Shown: positions 18,721 through 29,471, numbered from the stretch's first letter. The stretch is DNA of 64,000 nucleotides from Patescibacteria group bacterium (GCA_016176685.1 JACOWS010000001.1:11577-75576); one strand, 5' to 3'. Notes: a model not told the origin generated them from the sequence alone. Program-made: numbers and translations.

Positions 18721-21700
18721 TTAGAATCCGCTCGAAGGAAGACCCGAGACGTAGTACCCATCGAACCAGTCAAGAGCCTGAATGCCTGGCGTCGTAGACG
18801 CGTTGTCAGACCATACGAAGTTCTTGGTGGTTGAGGTAGCGTACCCGAGGGATGCACTCTGTGTTGCGCCGACAGTCGCAGCTTTGTTGGCGTTTGTCCC
18901 GGCAACCTGGGTTGAGGTTGCGGCATCGCCCATAATCGTTGCGTTGACACTCCAGACAGTTGCCGCAGAAGCCGGCGCCACGTCACCCTCGACCACAAAG
19001 TAGGTCGTACCGGTGAACGAGTAAGGCGTCGTCTGAATGAAGCTTACGGTCGGAGCGGCGATGTCGAGCAAACCGCCTAGCGCTGCGGTACCGCCGAACT
19101 GACCGCCGGTGGTGCCCGAGACGTTTGCCGGGCCAGAACCGTAGTCGCTGGTGTACGCGTAGAGCTTGAGGTTGGTCACGCTTGCAGATGAGGTCGCGAG
19201 CTTAACCGACACTTCGTAGAGACTTATCGGACCAGCACTGTTTGCCGTGACGGTGAATTTCTTCAGCGTCTGGGCAGTGCCGTTACACGACGTGGTGTTG
19301 GTGCATTGGGTTCCAGCGTTGGAGACTACCGGGTAGCTCTTGTACATCTGGATGCCCGCTACGCCCGCCGTCGCGCCCGACTGGATAGTCGTACCCGAAG
19401 ACTGGCCGGTGCCCTCTGCGTTGAGCGGGTCAACCTTGACGACATCGCCCACGCCGCCGTCCTCACTAACGCCAATGTTGGCGAGGTCAGCTTTGACCGT
19501 GAGGAGCTTGTCGGAGTCCTTCGGCAGTGTAATTGAGAGTGCCGAGGAAGTAGCCGATGTGTTGGTACCGGTGAAAGAAACCGTACCCACCAGTGTCGAG
19601 CCGTCGTAGAGGTAGACCTGGGTTAGGTCGGAGACACCGCCGTTAGTAGAGCCTCCACCCGTCAGGGCTTTTGAGAGCGTGTTACCGCTGTTGGTGAGAG
19701 TAAGCCCCAGCTTGGTGAGCGTTATCGGCTCATTGGTAGCGCGGAGCTTTATAACGCCTACCGTAACGCCAGTCGAACCCGCCGTCACCAGTTTGTAGGA
19801 GGGGGACGAAGAGTCAACCGTAACAGTGACAGAACCTGCACCCATAGTCATGGTGCCGCCCGTTGCGTTGCCGAAGGTCTCTGTGATAGAGCCGCCGGAG
19901 GTAACACCGGTTGCCGACCAGTTGGCCGCGCTGGTGCTAATGCTTGCAACAAGCGAGTCTGTAACAGCAGTTACTGCAGATGAGATGTTGCATTTAAGAC
20001 CGAGTGTCTTGATCGTACCCTTCGCTATAGTCATCGAGTTGTCGAAGGTGTAGGTCGTTGCCGAGCCGCTCGCCGCAAGCGTTGATGGCACATTGGAGCC
20101 CGTGTTGAGCGGTGTGGTGCCGTCAAAGACCTGGCACGTGTTGAGCTCGCCGATGACCATCGTGGTCAAGGTAAGGATGATGGGCACCGAAGAGATGCGT
20201 ACATCCTCGCCCGACTGCGAGGCATCAAGCTGGAGGTTTGCCAAGAGGATACCCTGGCCACCTCCCACGACGGTTTGCGAAGATGGAGAGGTCGAGAGCG
20301 AGACAACGAGTGCCGCCGCCTTGATTGTCATCGTGTTCATCGCGAAGACGCCTGTCGAGATGGTGATGGTGTTGCCCGTAACCTGGCCGGTTACGCCACT
20401 CCACGAAGACGGGGTGGTAGAAACAATAACCGTTGAGTTATTGCTTGCGCCGGAAGGAATTTTACCCTTGACGGTGTAGATGTGGCGTCCGGTCGGGAAG
20501 GTAATAGTGTCGGTGAAGGTAACGGTACAGGTGGTGGTGCAGGTTGACGCTTCGTCAACCGGGCCAGCGACTACGACGCCGTTTTCATCAACAATCGAGA
20601 TCGAGGTGAGAACCCCACTCATGTCGGAGGAAGTTGCTATCGTAATCGGAAGGGAAGTGACGGAAACCGCCTCACCCTTGAAGTCCGTTACGAAGCCGCC
20701 CAAGACCTGGTTCGGAACATTCGCCGCAATGTTTTGCGCGGCGACCTCCGTTGCCTTGCCTATGGTCGTTACCGTACCTGCGTTGATGGTTGTTGCATAG
20801 CCGTCAAACCATGGCTGGTAGGTGCCGGAAGGCGCGATACCGTAGCCGTAGGTCTGGCCAACAAAGTAGACGTCTGTCACTTTGTCGATGTCGAAGTCAA
20901 CCGTGCGCGAAGCAGAGTTGCTGCCGACGAGGTCTGCCATGTTGTAGAGGTCAATCGAGTTGCCCTTGGCGATAAAGAGACCGCCTGGGAATACCGTGGT
21001 GTAGTACTTGCCGTCGGAAGAAACGGTCGTCGGATACGACGTGCCGTCTACAACGGAGACTACATTTGCAAGGTCAACCGAGCTTGCGGTGCCCACCTGG
21101 CGCCAGCGAACGCTGTAGAGCCGGAGGTCTTCTGCGGAGCCGGCGGTGAAGCGCAGGCCCGAAACGCGCACGCCTGTGTCGCCAATGTTCTTCGATTGGG
21201 TTGAACCCGGGTCAAAAGAAGACGTGGTGGTCGAGACAGAGCCAAGCGTCAGGGTCGTGTTGATAGTGTGGCTTGCACCAACTATCGGGAGCGAACCTGC
21301 AACCGGCGCGCTGGAGTTTATCGCCACAATCTTGAGCGAAACGACTTGACCGTTGTTGCCTGTTGCGGTCGAAGAGATGTTGCCTGCAACCGTGAGTGAC
21401 TTTGTTTCGCCCGGGTTAAGGGTGAAGCCGTCTAAGCTGGCCTGGTGGTTGCTGTTCAGTGTCTTTGCAGTACCGAGCTGAAGAGCACCGCTGTCAACCA
21501 AGACGACGCCGCTGAAGTTGCTGTCAACGCCGAGCCCTGTGCGCTCGATAGTGACACTGTTGACGGTAACCGCGGCCGCCGTGTTGTTCGTCACCATAAA
21601 GTTGGTGAACGGAAGGCGGTTGGAACCCAAGGGTGCCAGCGCGTTGCTCGGCTGTGCCGTTGCGGAAACCGTAATGCCGGGGCCCGTCGGAGTGACCGGG

Positions 21701-22224
21701 CCGGGGCCTGGGGTAACTACCGTGCCGCACACCGCAGAAATCTGCGCGCGGGTCTTAGAACCAACATAGCCAGCGATAGGCGTAATGTTGTACTTAGTTT
21801 GGAACTTCATGACCGCCGCCTTGGTGGCAGGGCCGAAGAATTGCGTCTCACTGCCGGGAGAGCCTGCGCCGGAGACTGCAACCATGGTGTCAGCGGATCC
21901 GTTAAGGAACTGCTGAAGGGCCAAGACATCAGCGCCAGTCGCGTTCTGCTCTAGGTCGCGAGAAAGCGCGGGGCATGCGCCGCCGGTACCTGTGCCGGTA
22001 CCAGTACCGGAAGTCGGCTGGCCGAGGAGCGATGCTTGCACATTCGCGATAGTGGTTGCATCAGCACCGAAGGACTGAAGCAGAGAAACTATCGAGCTGA
22101 TTTGTGCCGATGTCAGCGCCGCCTGTGCCGGGGCTACTGCAAACGCACCAAAAGCAAGTGCGGCTGCAACAGCAACACCAGCCGCCAGACCGACGATTCG
22201 TGTAGAACTGTGAGTAATAGTCAT
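18721..22224 (-). CDS. large secreted surface/S-layer-like protein with peptidoglycan-binding domain
   Basis: Signal peptide; G.DVLALQQFLN...FGPATKAAV.KFQ PG-binding motif; Thr/Ser/Gly-rich beta domains; start set at MTITH. Confidence 0.85.
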   Translation of the reverse strand: MTITHSSTRIVGLAAGVAVAAALAFGAFAVAPAQAALTSAQISSIVSLLQSFGADATTIANVQASLLGQPTSGTGTGTGTGGACPALSRDLEQNATGADVLALQQFLNGSADTMVAVSGAGSPGSETQFFGPATKAAVMKFQTKYNITPIAGYVGSKTRAQISAVCGTVVTPGPGPVTPTGPGITVSATAQPSNALAPLGSNRLPFTNFMVTNNTAAAVTVNSVTIERTGLGVDSNFSGVVLVDSGALQLGTAKTLNSNHQASLDGFTLNPGETKSLTVAGNISSTATGNNGQVVSLKIVAINSSAPVAGSLPIVGASHTINTTLTLGSVSTTTSSFDPGSTQSKNIGDTGVRVSGLRFTAGSAEDLRLYSVRWRQVGTASSVDLANVVSVVDGTSYPTTVSSDGKYYTTVFPGGLFIAKGNSIDLYNMADLVGSNSASRTVDFDIDKVTDVYFVGQTYGYGIAPSGTYQPWFDGYATTINAGTVTTIGKATEVAAQNIAANVPNQVLGGFVTDFKGEAVSVTSLPITIATSSDMSGVLTSISIVDENGVVVAGPVDEASTCTTTCTVTFTDTITFPTGRHIYTVKGKIPSGASNNSTVIVSTTPSSWSGVTGQVTGNTITISTGVFAMNTMTIKAAALVVSLSTSPSSQTVVGGGQGILLANLQLDASQSGEDVRISSVPIILTLTTMVIGELNTCQVFDGTTPLNTGSNVPSTLAASGSATTYTFDNSMTIAKGTIKTLGLKCNISSAVTAVTDSLVASISTSAANWSATGVTSGGSITETFGNATGGTMTMGAGSVTVTVDSSSPSYKLVTAGSTGVTVGVIKLRATNEPITLTKLGLTLTNSGNTLSKALTGGGSTNGGVSDLTQVYLYDGSTLVGTVSFTGTNTSATSSALSITLPKDSDKLLTVKADLANIGVSEDGGVGDVVKVDPLNAEGTGQSSGTTIQSGATAGVAGIQMYKSYPVVSNAGTQCTNTTSCNGTAQTLKKFTVTANSAGPISLYEVSVKLATSSASVTNLKLYAYTSDYGSGPANVSGTTGGQFGGTAALGGLLDIAAPTVSFIQTTPYSFTGTTYFVVEGDVAPASAATVWSVNATIMGDAATSTQVAGTNANKAATVGATQSASLGYATSTTKNFVWSDNASTTPGIQALDWFDGYYVSGLPSSGF

Positions 22225-22753
22225 AACCTTGATAATTGTCGAACGAATAAATTTACTAATAACGAATTGATAATCGAACCTATCTACCTGCCCTGCTCTC
22301 CGTTGCACGGCCCTATCAAAGGGCTGGCAAAGTAGATTCGGAGCGTTGGTAGCAAAAGAGGGATGGGGGAAGTCAGCCGTGCGCAACCGTAGAGGGACAA
22401 GGAATTTCTGTAAGTAACGTATCTACTACTGTAGACGTTCTAAGCAATGCCTGCTTACAGCGCCTTCAATAGTTTTTGCTTATTAAATTGTCAACGAACC
22501 ACGAGCTACATGGGCTACCAGAAATTGCCCCGCGGTCTTGTGCAGCCGCTAGCAACAATTATATGGTACATACCGATAACGCGGTAAAAACGCCTGTGGA
22601 TAAGCGGGAAAGCCAAAAAAGGAAATAAACCCTATTTGGGGCCTTTATCCTGCCTGTTCACAGCAGGGTCAAGGTATACCATATTAGACGTGGAGTCAAC
22701 GTATATAGTAAGGTACCTGAAATAGTAAAAAACACATAAAAACAGCTTGTCAA

Positions 22754-23485
22754 CTACGCTGGAGTATAGGTGCTCCAACGCCTCTCTCCCACCTTGCGCA
22801 CAAAACCCTGCGCAATAAGGTGAGTGAGTTCCCGCTGTATGGTCTTTTCGCTACAGTCGCGTACCTCGGACACTATGTCACGTACAGAAACACTCTTTTT
22901 CTCTCTAACGAGCTGTAAAATCTTTTCCATCCTCGAGTTTTGTCCTTTAGATTGTCCGTTTTTGTCTCTTATGTCTTTTACAATAATATGTCCTTTACTG
23001 TCCTTTATCTGGCGGGTAGGTTGAGAAAGGCCGAGATTTTGCATACGAGTGACGAGTTCTTCCGGCTCGGAAGAGTGTATTTCTGGCACTAAAAAGTCGT
23101 CTACAGATAGAAATGGCGACGGTTGGGTACTTGCGGCTATCTTGCGTATTATTTGTTCGTACTCACCGACCAAAACCTTTGCATTGTCGTCATGTATGTG
23201 TCCCTGTGTTGCTTGGATGCGCAGTAGAGAAATAGCACAGAACAGGTCTGCAAGAAGCATTCCGGGAGTTGCCTCCCCGGCGGCACAATACGCGATGGTT
23301 TGCGGAATTTGTGTCGCCGATTGTGCCAACTGGTCAAGGTCATGGGTGGGGGATTGCGATGCTATAAGGCAGATGGCATGGGCGATTTTTTCAGACTTAA
23401 GATAACAAAAATACCAATCGTAGCGTCCTTTAAAAAGACTTGAATGTACTGCTTTTTCATGGAAATCAGGGATTTTTTCAGACAT
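22754..23485 (-). CDS. hypothetical protein with C-terminal DeoR-like winged HTH
   Basis: R..KILQLVREK..VSVRDI......SEKTIQREL..L...G...K.GERRWSTY. Confidence 0.8.
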   Translation of the reverse strand: MSEKIPDFHEKAVHSSLFKGRYDWYFCYLKSEKIAHAICLIASQSPTHDLDQLAQSATQIPQTIAYCAAGEATPGMLLADLFCAISLLRIQATQGHIHDDNAKVLVGEYEQIIRKIAASTQPSPFLSVDDFLVPEIHSSEPEELVTRMQNLGLSQPTRQIKDSKGHIIVKDIRDKNGQSKGQNSRMEKILQLVREKKSVSVRDIVSEVRDCSEKTIQRELTHLIAQGFVRKVGERRWSTYTPA

Positions 23486-23615
23486 ATTTGTCTTTTATTT
23501 GTCTTTAAGTGTCCTTGAAGATTTATGCGACACTTAAGGACAAAAGGTGTCTTTTAGAGTAGCGCTTGTTGTGTGCGCACGCAAGCAGTTGTCCACATGC
23601 TATTATGTGTGTGCA

Positions 23616-25805
23616 ATGACGCGTAAAAAAAATGGTAAAAACAACCGCGAGTACCACCTACTCCACTCGCTCCCCGACCACACCAAAAAAGCAATAATAG
23701 TAGTGGTGCTGGTTATTTTAGGGATATTTCTTACCTTGGCCGCTTTTGGCGGGGCTGGCGTTGCTGGAGGCGATGCGTATCGGTTCCTTGCATCCTTGCT
23801 TGGCGTCGGCTATTTTTTGCTCCCATTACTATTCTTCCTCCTTGCGGGGGGCGCTCTGCGCGAAGAGTGGATAGGGTTTACCCCGCTCAAACTTATTGCG
23901 AGCGGCATTTTTATAGTCGCAGGGCTTGGGTTTATCAGCTCCGCAAGCGGCAGAGGAGGGCTCCTTGGCACAAGTATTGCCGGCCCGCTTGAGCGTTACT
24001 TCGACCTCTACGCAACACTGATTGCGCTCGGCGGGCTCTCTCTTATATCGCTACTGATTATACTCGAAGGCGGGCTCCCTATGGATACGCTACGCGCAGT
24101 CAAACAGGCATTCCAAAAACTACTCCCGAGGAAATTGGCAGGGGAGCCCACACTCAGCGGTTTTGCCTTGGGTGACGAACAAAAAGAGGAAGAGGGGCCC
24201 GGCGAAGAGGACGTGGGAGATGAGATGCCGGAACCGACCATGGGTACCCCGACGCATGCCGCCCTGCGCAGTACCGCTTCGGTAGGGCTCAAGACGTTGC
24301 TGGGCACTTATACGCCGCCGCCGCTTTCTTTGCTTGAGCGCGACCGCGGCCGGCCGGGCGTGGGCGACATCAAAGCGAACGCAAACATTATCAAGCGCAC
24401 CTTGGCCAACTTCGGCATTGTGGTTGAGCTGGATGAAATTTCTATCGGCCCTTCGGTAACACGCTATGCTATAAAACCAGCGGAGGGTGTGCGTCTGCAA
24501 AAAATAGTTTCTCTACAAACAAATCTGGAACTGGCGCTCGCCGCGCACCCGGTGCGCATCGAGGCACCTATCCCCGGGAAATCACTCGTCGGTATCGAGG
24601 TCCCTAACTCATCAAAAGTAACCGTTGGGTTGGGAACGCTTTTGGAAACGCCGGAGTTCGCCGAGTCACAAAAACCACTGGTGGTGGCGCTTGGGCGCGA
24701 CATTGCCGGAGGTTCCCACTTTGGCAACCTTGCCAAGATGCCGCACGCGCTCATTGCCGGCGCAACCGGCTCGGGCAAGTCGGTTACCATACACGCGTTC
24801 ATCACCAGCTTGCTGTACCGTTGCGGGCCGCAACAGCTACGCTTTATCATGATAGACCCTAAGCGAGTGGAGTTGACGACCTACAACCGTATACCACACC
24901 TCTTGACCCCCGTTATCACGGACGCAAAGCGCACCATTGCGGCACTGCGCTGGGCGGGCAAAGAGATGGAGCGCCGCTACAATATCCTTGAAGAGGCGCG
25001 TGTGCGCGACATTGCTTCCTACCATGAGAACATTCTTGCACCGTCGCTTGCGCGGTTAAAAAAGCGCGGCGGGCCGGAAGAGGGAGAGGGCGCCCCCGAG
25101 ACCATGCCCTACATTGTAATTATCATAGACGAGCTGGCCGACATCATGCACGCATACCCCAGGGAGCTTGAGGCTGCGGTGGTGCGTTTGGCACAGATGA
25201 GCCGCGCGGTGGGCATACACCTTATACTTTCTACCCAGCGACCGAGCGTCAATGTTATAACCGGGCTTATTAAAGCCAACATCCCTGCGCGCATCGCTCT
25301 GCAAGTGGCAAGCCAGATAGACTCGCGCACCATACTCGACGGCGGCGGCGCAGAAAAACTGCTGGGCGCGGGCGACATGCTCTACCTCTCCGGCGATATG
25401 GGAAAGCCAATACGGCTCCAGAGCGCTTTTATCGGCGAGGCGGAGGTAAAGAAGGTAACCGAGTACATTGCGCAACATAACGAGCCGGAGTTGCCGGTTG
25501 CTATGGATGCTCAACAAGTATACCCAACCGGGAGCGAGGGTTTGGGCGTCGGGAGCGAAGATGATGGCGACATAGATGACGACCTGTACGAAGCTTCTCG
25601 CCTTGCGGTCATAGAGGTCGGCAAGGCCTCGACCTCCTACCTACAACGCAAATTACGAGTCGGGTACTCTCGCGCGGCGCGTATTATGGACCTGCTTGAA
25701 GAGCGCGGAGTTATAGGCGCTCAAGACGGGTCTAAACCTCGCGAGGTTCTCGAAAAAACAGGAAAAACTGCGGCAGAAGAGATGTCTGACCGAGCGGAGT
25801 TATGA
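23616..25805 (+). CDS. ftsK: DNA translocase FtsK/SpoIIIE
   Basis: TM N-terminus, GATGSGKS, IIDELAD, TQRPS, gamma domain GYSRAARI; start set at MTRKK. Confidence 0.97.
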   Translation: MTRKKNGKNNREYHLLHSLPDHTKKAIIVVVLVILGIFLTLAAFGGAGVAGGDAYRFLASLLGVGYFLLPLLFFLLAGGALREEWIGFTPLKLIASGIFIVAGLGFISSASGRGGLLGTSIAGPLERYFDLYATLIALGGLSLISLLIILEGGLPMDTLRAVKQAFQKLLPRKLAGEPTLSGFALGDEQKEEEGPGEEDVGDEMPEPTMGTPTHAALRSTASVGLKTLLGTYTPPPLSLLERDRGRPGVGDIKANANIIKRTLANFGIVVELDEISIGPSVTRYAIKPAEGVRLQKIVSLQTNLELALAAHPVRIEAPIPGKSLVGIEVPNSSKVTVGLGTLLETPEFAESQKPLVVALGRDIAGGSHFGNLAKMPHALIAGATGSGKSVTIHAFITSLLYRCGPQQLRFIMIDPKRVELTTYNRIPHLLTPVITDAKRTIAALRWAGKEMERRYNILEEARVRDIASYHENILAPSLARLKKRGGPEEGEGAPETMPYIVIIIDELADIMHAYPRELEAAVVRLAQMSRAVGIHLILSTQRPSVNVITGLIKANIPARIALQVASQIDSRTILDGGGAEKLLGAGDMLYLSGDMGKPIRLQSAFIGEAEVKKVTEYIAQHNEPELPVAMDAQQVYPTGSEGLGVGSEDDGDIDDDLYEASRLAVIEVGKASTSYLQRKLRVGYSRAARIMDLLEERGVIGAQDGSKPREVLEKTGKTAAEEMSDRAEL

Positions 25806-26176
25806 GTGCGATTTTCCTGCCGCGCGGATTTTTGCTCCTACTGGCGGCTCTGCTTATCATGGGCGCCGTTGGATACGGGCTGTTTGAAGCGAGGCGGATT
25901 CTTGCCGGACCGCACATCACTATACATGAGCCCCAAGATGGGAGCGCGCTATCCACCAGAGGAGCGGTTGTCCTTTCTGGCACGGCGCGCAACATCTCTT
26001 TCCTGACGATAAACGACAAACCGGCGCTCACCGACGAGCGAGGGCATTTTGCACAAATACTTACACCGACCGCCGGATATGCTATATTCACCGTCGCGGC
26101 GACCGACCGTTTTGGGCGCCGGATGTCCCGTTCGGTCCGCTTTACTGTTTTAAATTATTGTCCTATATATGGGTAA
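25802..26176 (+). CDS. small membrane-anchored Ig-like protein
   Basis: TM helix then GP.I.I..P.DG...G.A......IN...A.DRFG; coupled to ftsK and recA. Confidence 0.7.
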   Translation: MSAIFLPRGFLLLLAALLIMGAVGYGLFEARRILAGPHITIHEPQDGSALSTRGAVVLSGTARNISFLTINDKPALTDERGHFAQILTPTAGYAIFTVAATDRFGRRMSRSVRFTVLNYCPIYG

Positions 26177-27278
26177 CACTGCTTCCGCCCAAGGCGGTTC
26201 GGCCTCGGGCCGAAAGGAAAAGAAAGTCGCGAGCGCGGCATCCCAGGGTGGCGCCGCTATAGACGCCGCCATCCGCGAGATAAAGACCAAGTTTGGCGAC
26301 GAAGCGATAATGAAGTTGGGCGATACCGCCAGAGTTGACGTTGACGCGATACCCTCCGGCTCTATCGGGCTCGACTGGGCGCTGGGCATCGGGGGCTACC
26401 CGCGCGGCCGCATTTTAGAAATTTTTGGCCCGGAGTCGTCCGGCAAAACAACGCTATCGCTCCACGCCATTGCCGAGGCGCAAAAGCGCGGCGGAGTGTG
26501 CGCGTTTATCGACGCCGAGCACGCGCTTGACCCGGAGTACGCAAAAAAAATAGGGGTCAAAATTGCGGACCTGCTGGTGTCACAACCGGACACCGGCGAG
26601 CAGGCGCTCGAGATAGTGGAGTCTTTGGTACGCTCCGGCAAGATAGATATTATCGTTATAGACTCGGTAGCCGCACTGACGCCAAAAGACGAAATAGAGG
26701 GGGACATGGGGCAGAGTCATATGGGGAAGCAGGCGCGCTTGATGTCCCAGGCGCTCCGCAAACTGACCGGCATCGTATCCAAGTCCAAAACAGTGGTCAT
26801 TTTTATCAACCAGATCCGCATGCAAATCGGCGTTATGTTTGGCAACCCGGAAACCACCACGGGAGGGAAGGCGTTGAAGTTTTATACTTCCGCGCGGCTC
26901 GACATCCGACGTATTGCACAAATTAAAAAAGGAGAAGAGGTGGTGGGCGGACGCCATCGCGTTAAGGTGGTAAAGAACAAAGTCGCCGCACCATTCCGCG
27001 CGGTAGAGTTTGACCTGCTTTACAACGAAGGAATATCTCGGGAGGGCGAGCTTATAGCGCTCGGAGAACGCCTAGGAGTTATCCACAAGTCAGGTTCTTC
27101 GTACTCGTACGGTGAAGAAAAGCTTGGCCGTGGCTACGATGCAACCCGCACTACCCTTCGTGAAAATAAGAAGGTTGCAAACGACATACTAAAGGAGATA
27201 CGTAAGTGTTTGAGCGAAGGCGGCTCAAGCGACAAGCGCCCGGGTAAAGAGGAACCGGCGGATGTCGAAAAGGAGTGA
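26169..27278 (+). CDS. recA: recombinase RecA
   Basis: [37 protein letters not shown]. Confidence 0.99.
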   Translation: MGNTASAQGGSASGRKEKKVASAASQGGAAIDAAIREIKTKFGDEAIMKLGDTARVDVDAIPSGSIGLDWALGIGGYPRGRILEIFGPESSGKTTLSLHAIAEAQKRGGVCAFIDAEHALDPEYAKKIGVKIADLLVSQPDTGEQALEIVESLVRSGKIDIIVIDSVAALTPKDEIEGDMGQSHMGKQARLMSQALRKLTGIVSKSKTVVIFINQIRMQIGVMFGNPETTTGGKALKFYTSARLDIRRIAQIKKGEEVVGGRHRVKVVKNKVAAPFRAVEFDLLYNEGISREGELIALGERLGVIHKSGSSYSYGEEKLGRGYDATRTTLRENKKVANDILKEIRKCLSEGGSSDKRPGKEEPADVEKE

Positions 27279-27548
27279 GGCGAGCGCCGCTCCACCAAAA
27301 ACCAGCGCCACTTGCACCGCAAGTGTCGTACTGACAATAGCGCTAGCGAAAAACACGGCAACACCCCCTACCCCGCTTTGCGAGACCGCAACCAGGTTTT
27401 GCACGACATGAGGCAGTGAGGCGAGCATAGCTACGCCAACCAGTGAAAACACCAACACGTAGAACTCGAGCGCCACTCGACTCACGAGCGCTCTCGCCGT
27501 GTAGATAAGAACCACGCATGCCATAACCCGACGTTCTATATTACTCAT
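27225..27548 (-). CDS. small membrane protein downstream of the ECF sigma (possible anti-sigma)
   Basis: Hydrophobic helices; ATGA-coupled to the sigma gene. Confidence 0.6.
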   Translation of the reverse strand: MSNIERRVMACVVLIYTARALVSRVALEFYVLVFSLVGVAMLASLPHVVQNLVAVSQSGVGGVAVFFASAIVSTTLAVQVALVFGGAALASLLFDIRRFLFTRALVA

Positions 27549-28135
27549 ATATTTGTATTGATAGTCTGATAAACTTTTTTAAACTCCTTTTTTGCGCGAT
27601 GGACCCGTGTTTTTATCGCTCCTACCGAAACTCCCTCCTCCTGCGCCATCTCCTCTTGTAACTTCCCTTCTATAAAGAAGTGCGTGAGCGCGCGGGCAAA
27701 TGGTGCCGGCATGCGAGAAAGTACCGAGGCCACCACATCCATAATTTCCTTTTTTTCAAACTGGCGAAGGTTCTTGTCTGGGATAAGCGCCCAGATTTCC
27801 TCATCAAGCATCTGCCCCACCCTGCCCTCTCGTTTGCGCTTGGCATAGTGAGTAAGCGCCGTGTTTATGAGGATACGATACCCCCAGGAAGAAAAAGAGG
27901 CCCCCTCCTGTTTTTTAAACTTCCCGGCGTTGAGATATATCTTGGTAAATACCTCTTGCACAATATCCTCCGCCGCCTCCTGCTCCCGTACTATAGAGCG
28001 CGCCTTGCGCAGAAACGGCTCCTCAAACCGACGTACCAGGACAGCAAAAAGTGACGGGTGCGATATGGATGCGGTAAGGATGTCCTCGTCAGAGCGTTCT
28101 TCCTTTTGCACCTCAATCCTTAGGTAATTACTCAT
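27545..28135 (-). CDS. ECF RNA polymerase sigma factor
   Basis: Region 2 AEDIVQEVF...F.SW.YRI..N; region 4 S.GAIKTRVHRAK. Confidence 0.93.
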   Translation of the reverse strand: MSNYLRIEVQKEERSDEDILTASISHPSLFAVLVRRFEEPFLRKARSIVREQEAAEDIVQEVFTKIYLNAGKFKKQEGASFSSWGYRILINTALTHYAKRKREGRVGQMLDEEIWALIPDKNLRQFEKKEIMDVVASVLSRMPAPFARALTHFFIEGKLQEEMAQEEGVSVGAIKTRVHRAKKEFKKVYQTINTNI

Positions 28136-28215
28136 GCCTCCACTTTACACTATTCCCTATACATATATTTACAACTCGAGACGGCGGCCATTGGTTTCTG
28201 GTGTATGCTGGTGCT

Positions 28216-28650
28216 ATGAAAGTCCGTCCCTGGACTTATACGTTGCCGGTATTGAGTGTATGTTTCTTAATCCTTGGTTTTATTTCCATCGTCGGCATCA
28301 TTGGCCACTGGCATTTTGGCCAAGATATTCCGTGGCTTTTTGCCGCCTATGCGGCAATGAACCTGTTACTTGGCGTCGGGTTTTGGAAACGGGAGCGGTG
28401 GGTGCTTACCGCGGTGGGGCTCAACTGGGCGGCCTACACTACGCTCTACTTCGGATTGTGGGTGTGGGGTGGCGATGTAAATCTGATGCGAGTAACTGTG
28501 AGTACCGCGGTTGCGGGTGGAATCTGGGGACTAGTATACTTACATAGGCGGTATTTGGTCGATACGCGCTTACAAATAGTAGGTGCCGCTTTCTTTATCA
28601 TATGGATATTTGTGTATAGCCTTACGCTATTTACAAGTATTGTACTATAA
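28216..28650 (+). CDS. hypothetical multi-pass membrane protein
   Basis: About 5 hydrophobic segments; lies directly upstream of the next ORF. Confidence 0.65.
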   Translation: MKVRPWTYTLPVLSVCFLILGFISIVGIIGHWHFGQDIPWLFAAYAAMNLLLGVGFWKRERWVLTAVGLNWAAYTTLYFGLWVWGGDVNLMRVTVSTAVAGGIWGLVYLHRRYLVDTRLQIVGAAFFIIWIFVYSLTLFTSIVL

Positions 28651-28655
28651 ACTAT

Positions 28656-29471
28656 ATGTTTAATAATCCGACGATGCGTTTTTTATCACAGACGGTTTTG
28701 GTGTTATTGCTGGTTTCGCTAATTTTCACCCCCACCTATGAGGTGGCGCAGGCCGGCCCAGTCGCTTTGGTGATTGCAGCGGTGGTGGTTATAGGCGCTG
28801 GCGCTGTGGCAGCAACTGATTACTTCACCTGTACTATTAATATCTTATGGGGTTGCGGCGGCGGTAAAGATGGCGGAGGCGACTCTAACACAGGAGTACC
28901 ACTTGTGGAGTATAAAAAAGGCAAACCTACCCCACTTCAAACAGATAAAGTAGTTGAAGACGGCACACCCTGTTACTCCCTCGGCAATATCTGCGGCGCT
29001 CGCAATAAGGGCACGATGCAGGGCGGGGTATGCACTGCGGTGACTCCTCAAGATAGTATTTGCTGCTCAAGCGCGCCAAACGCCTGCGGTTTGGTAAACT
29101 ACGCTCCCCCGGGGAGTGCAGGATCTTGTGCGGATGCGCAAATTGACTCGCCGCCCAACAGTCTGTGCGAAGCTCCGTCTATTTCCGACACTTCTGCCTC
29201 GCTCTCACCAAACCCCGGCTTTTATGCAGACCCGAGTTTGGTTAGACTAAATAGCATCACCACCTTGTATTGGGATGTGCTAAATGCCACTGCATGCTCG
29301 CTCTCCGGCGGCGGTCTTAACCTCCCCGGCCTTACTCCCCGCAACCAAGCAAACTCAAACCCCATTACACAGGCGACGGAATTTACACTCACCTGCGAAA
29401 ATGGCGAGGGCGGGCCAACAGCTTCTGCCACTGCGCGAGTGACCATTATACCTGTCTACCAGGAAATTTAG
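28656..29471 (+). CDS. secreted Cys-rich protein with C-terminal Ig-like domain
   Basis: Signal/TM region; C.S..N.CG repeats; TL.W...NA..C...FTLTC. Confidence 0.75.
   Translation: MFNNPTMRFLSQTVLVLLLVSLIFTPTYEVAQAGPVALVIAAVVVIGAGAVAATDYFTCTINILWGCGGGKDGGGDSNTGVPLVEYKKGKPTPLQTDKVVEDGTPCYSLGNICGARNKGTMQGGVCTAVTPQDSICCSSAPNACGLVNYAPPGSAGSCADAQIDSPPNSLCEAPSISDTSASLSPNPGFYADPSLVRLNSITTLYWDVLNATACSLSGGGLNLPGLTPRNQANSNPITQATEFTLTCENGEGGPTASATARVTIIPVYQEI

Noticed and set aside
22225-22386. N-terminal extensions in the ORF track (S-layer gene, secD, dcd, RluA gene, rpsF)
   Set aside because: Alternative-start artefacts; family homology or signal peptides begin at downstream ATGs.
22595-23597. DnaA boxes as oriC
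   Set aside because: Only isolated boxes (also a near match at 15316-15324), no dense cluster, no dnaA/dnaN nearby and no lasting switch in gene orientation.
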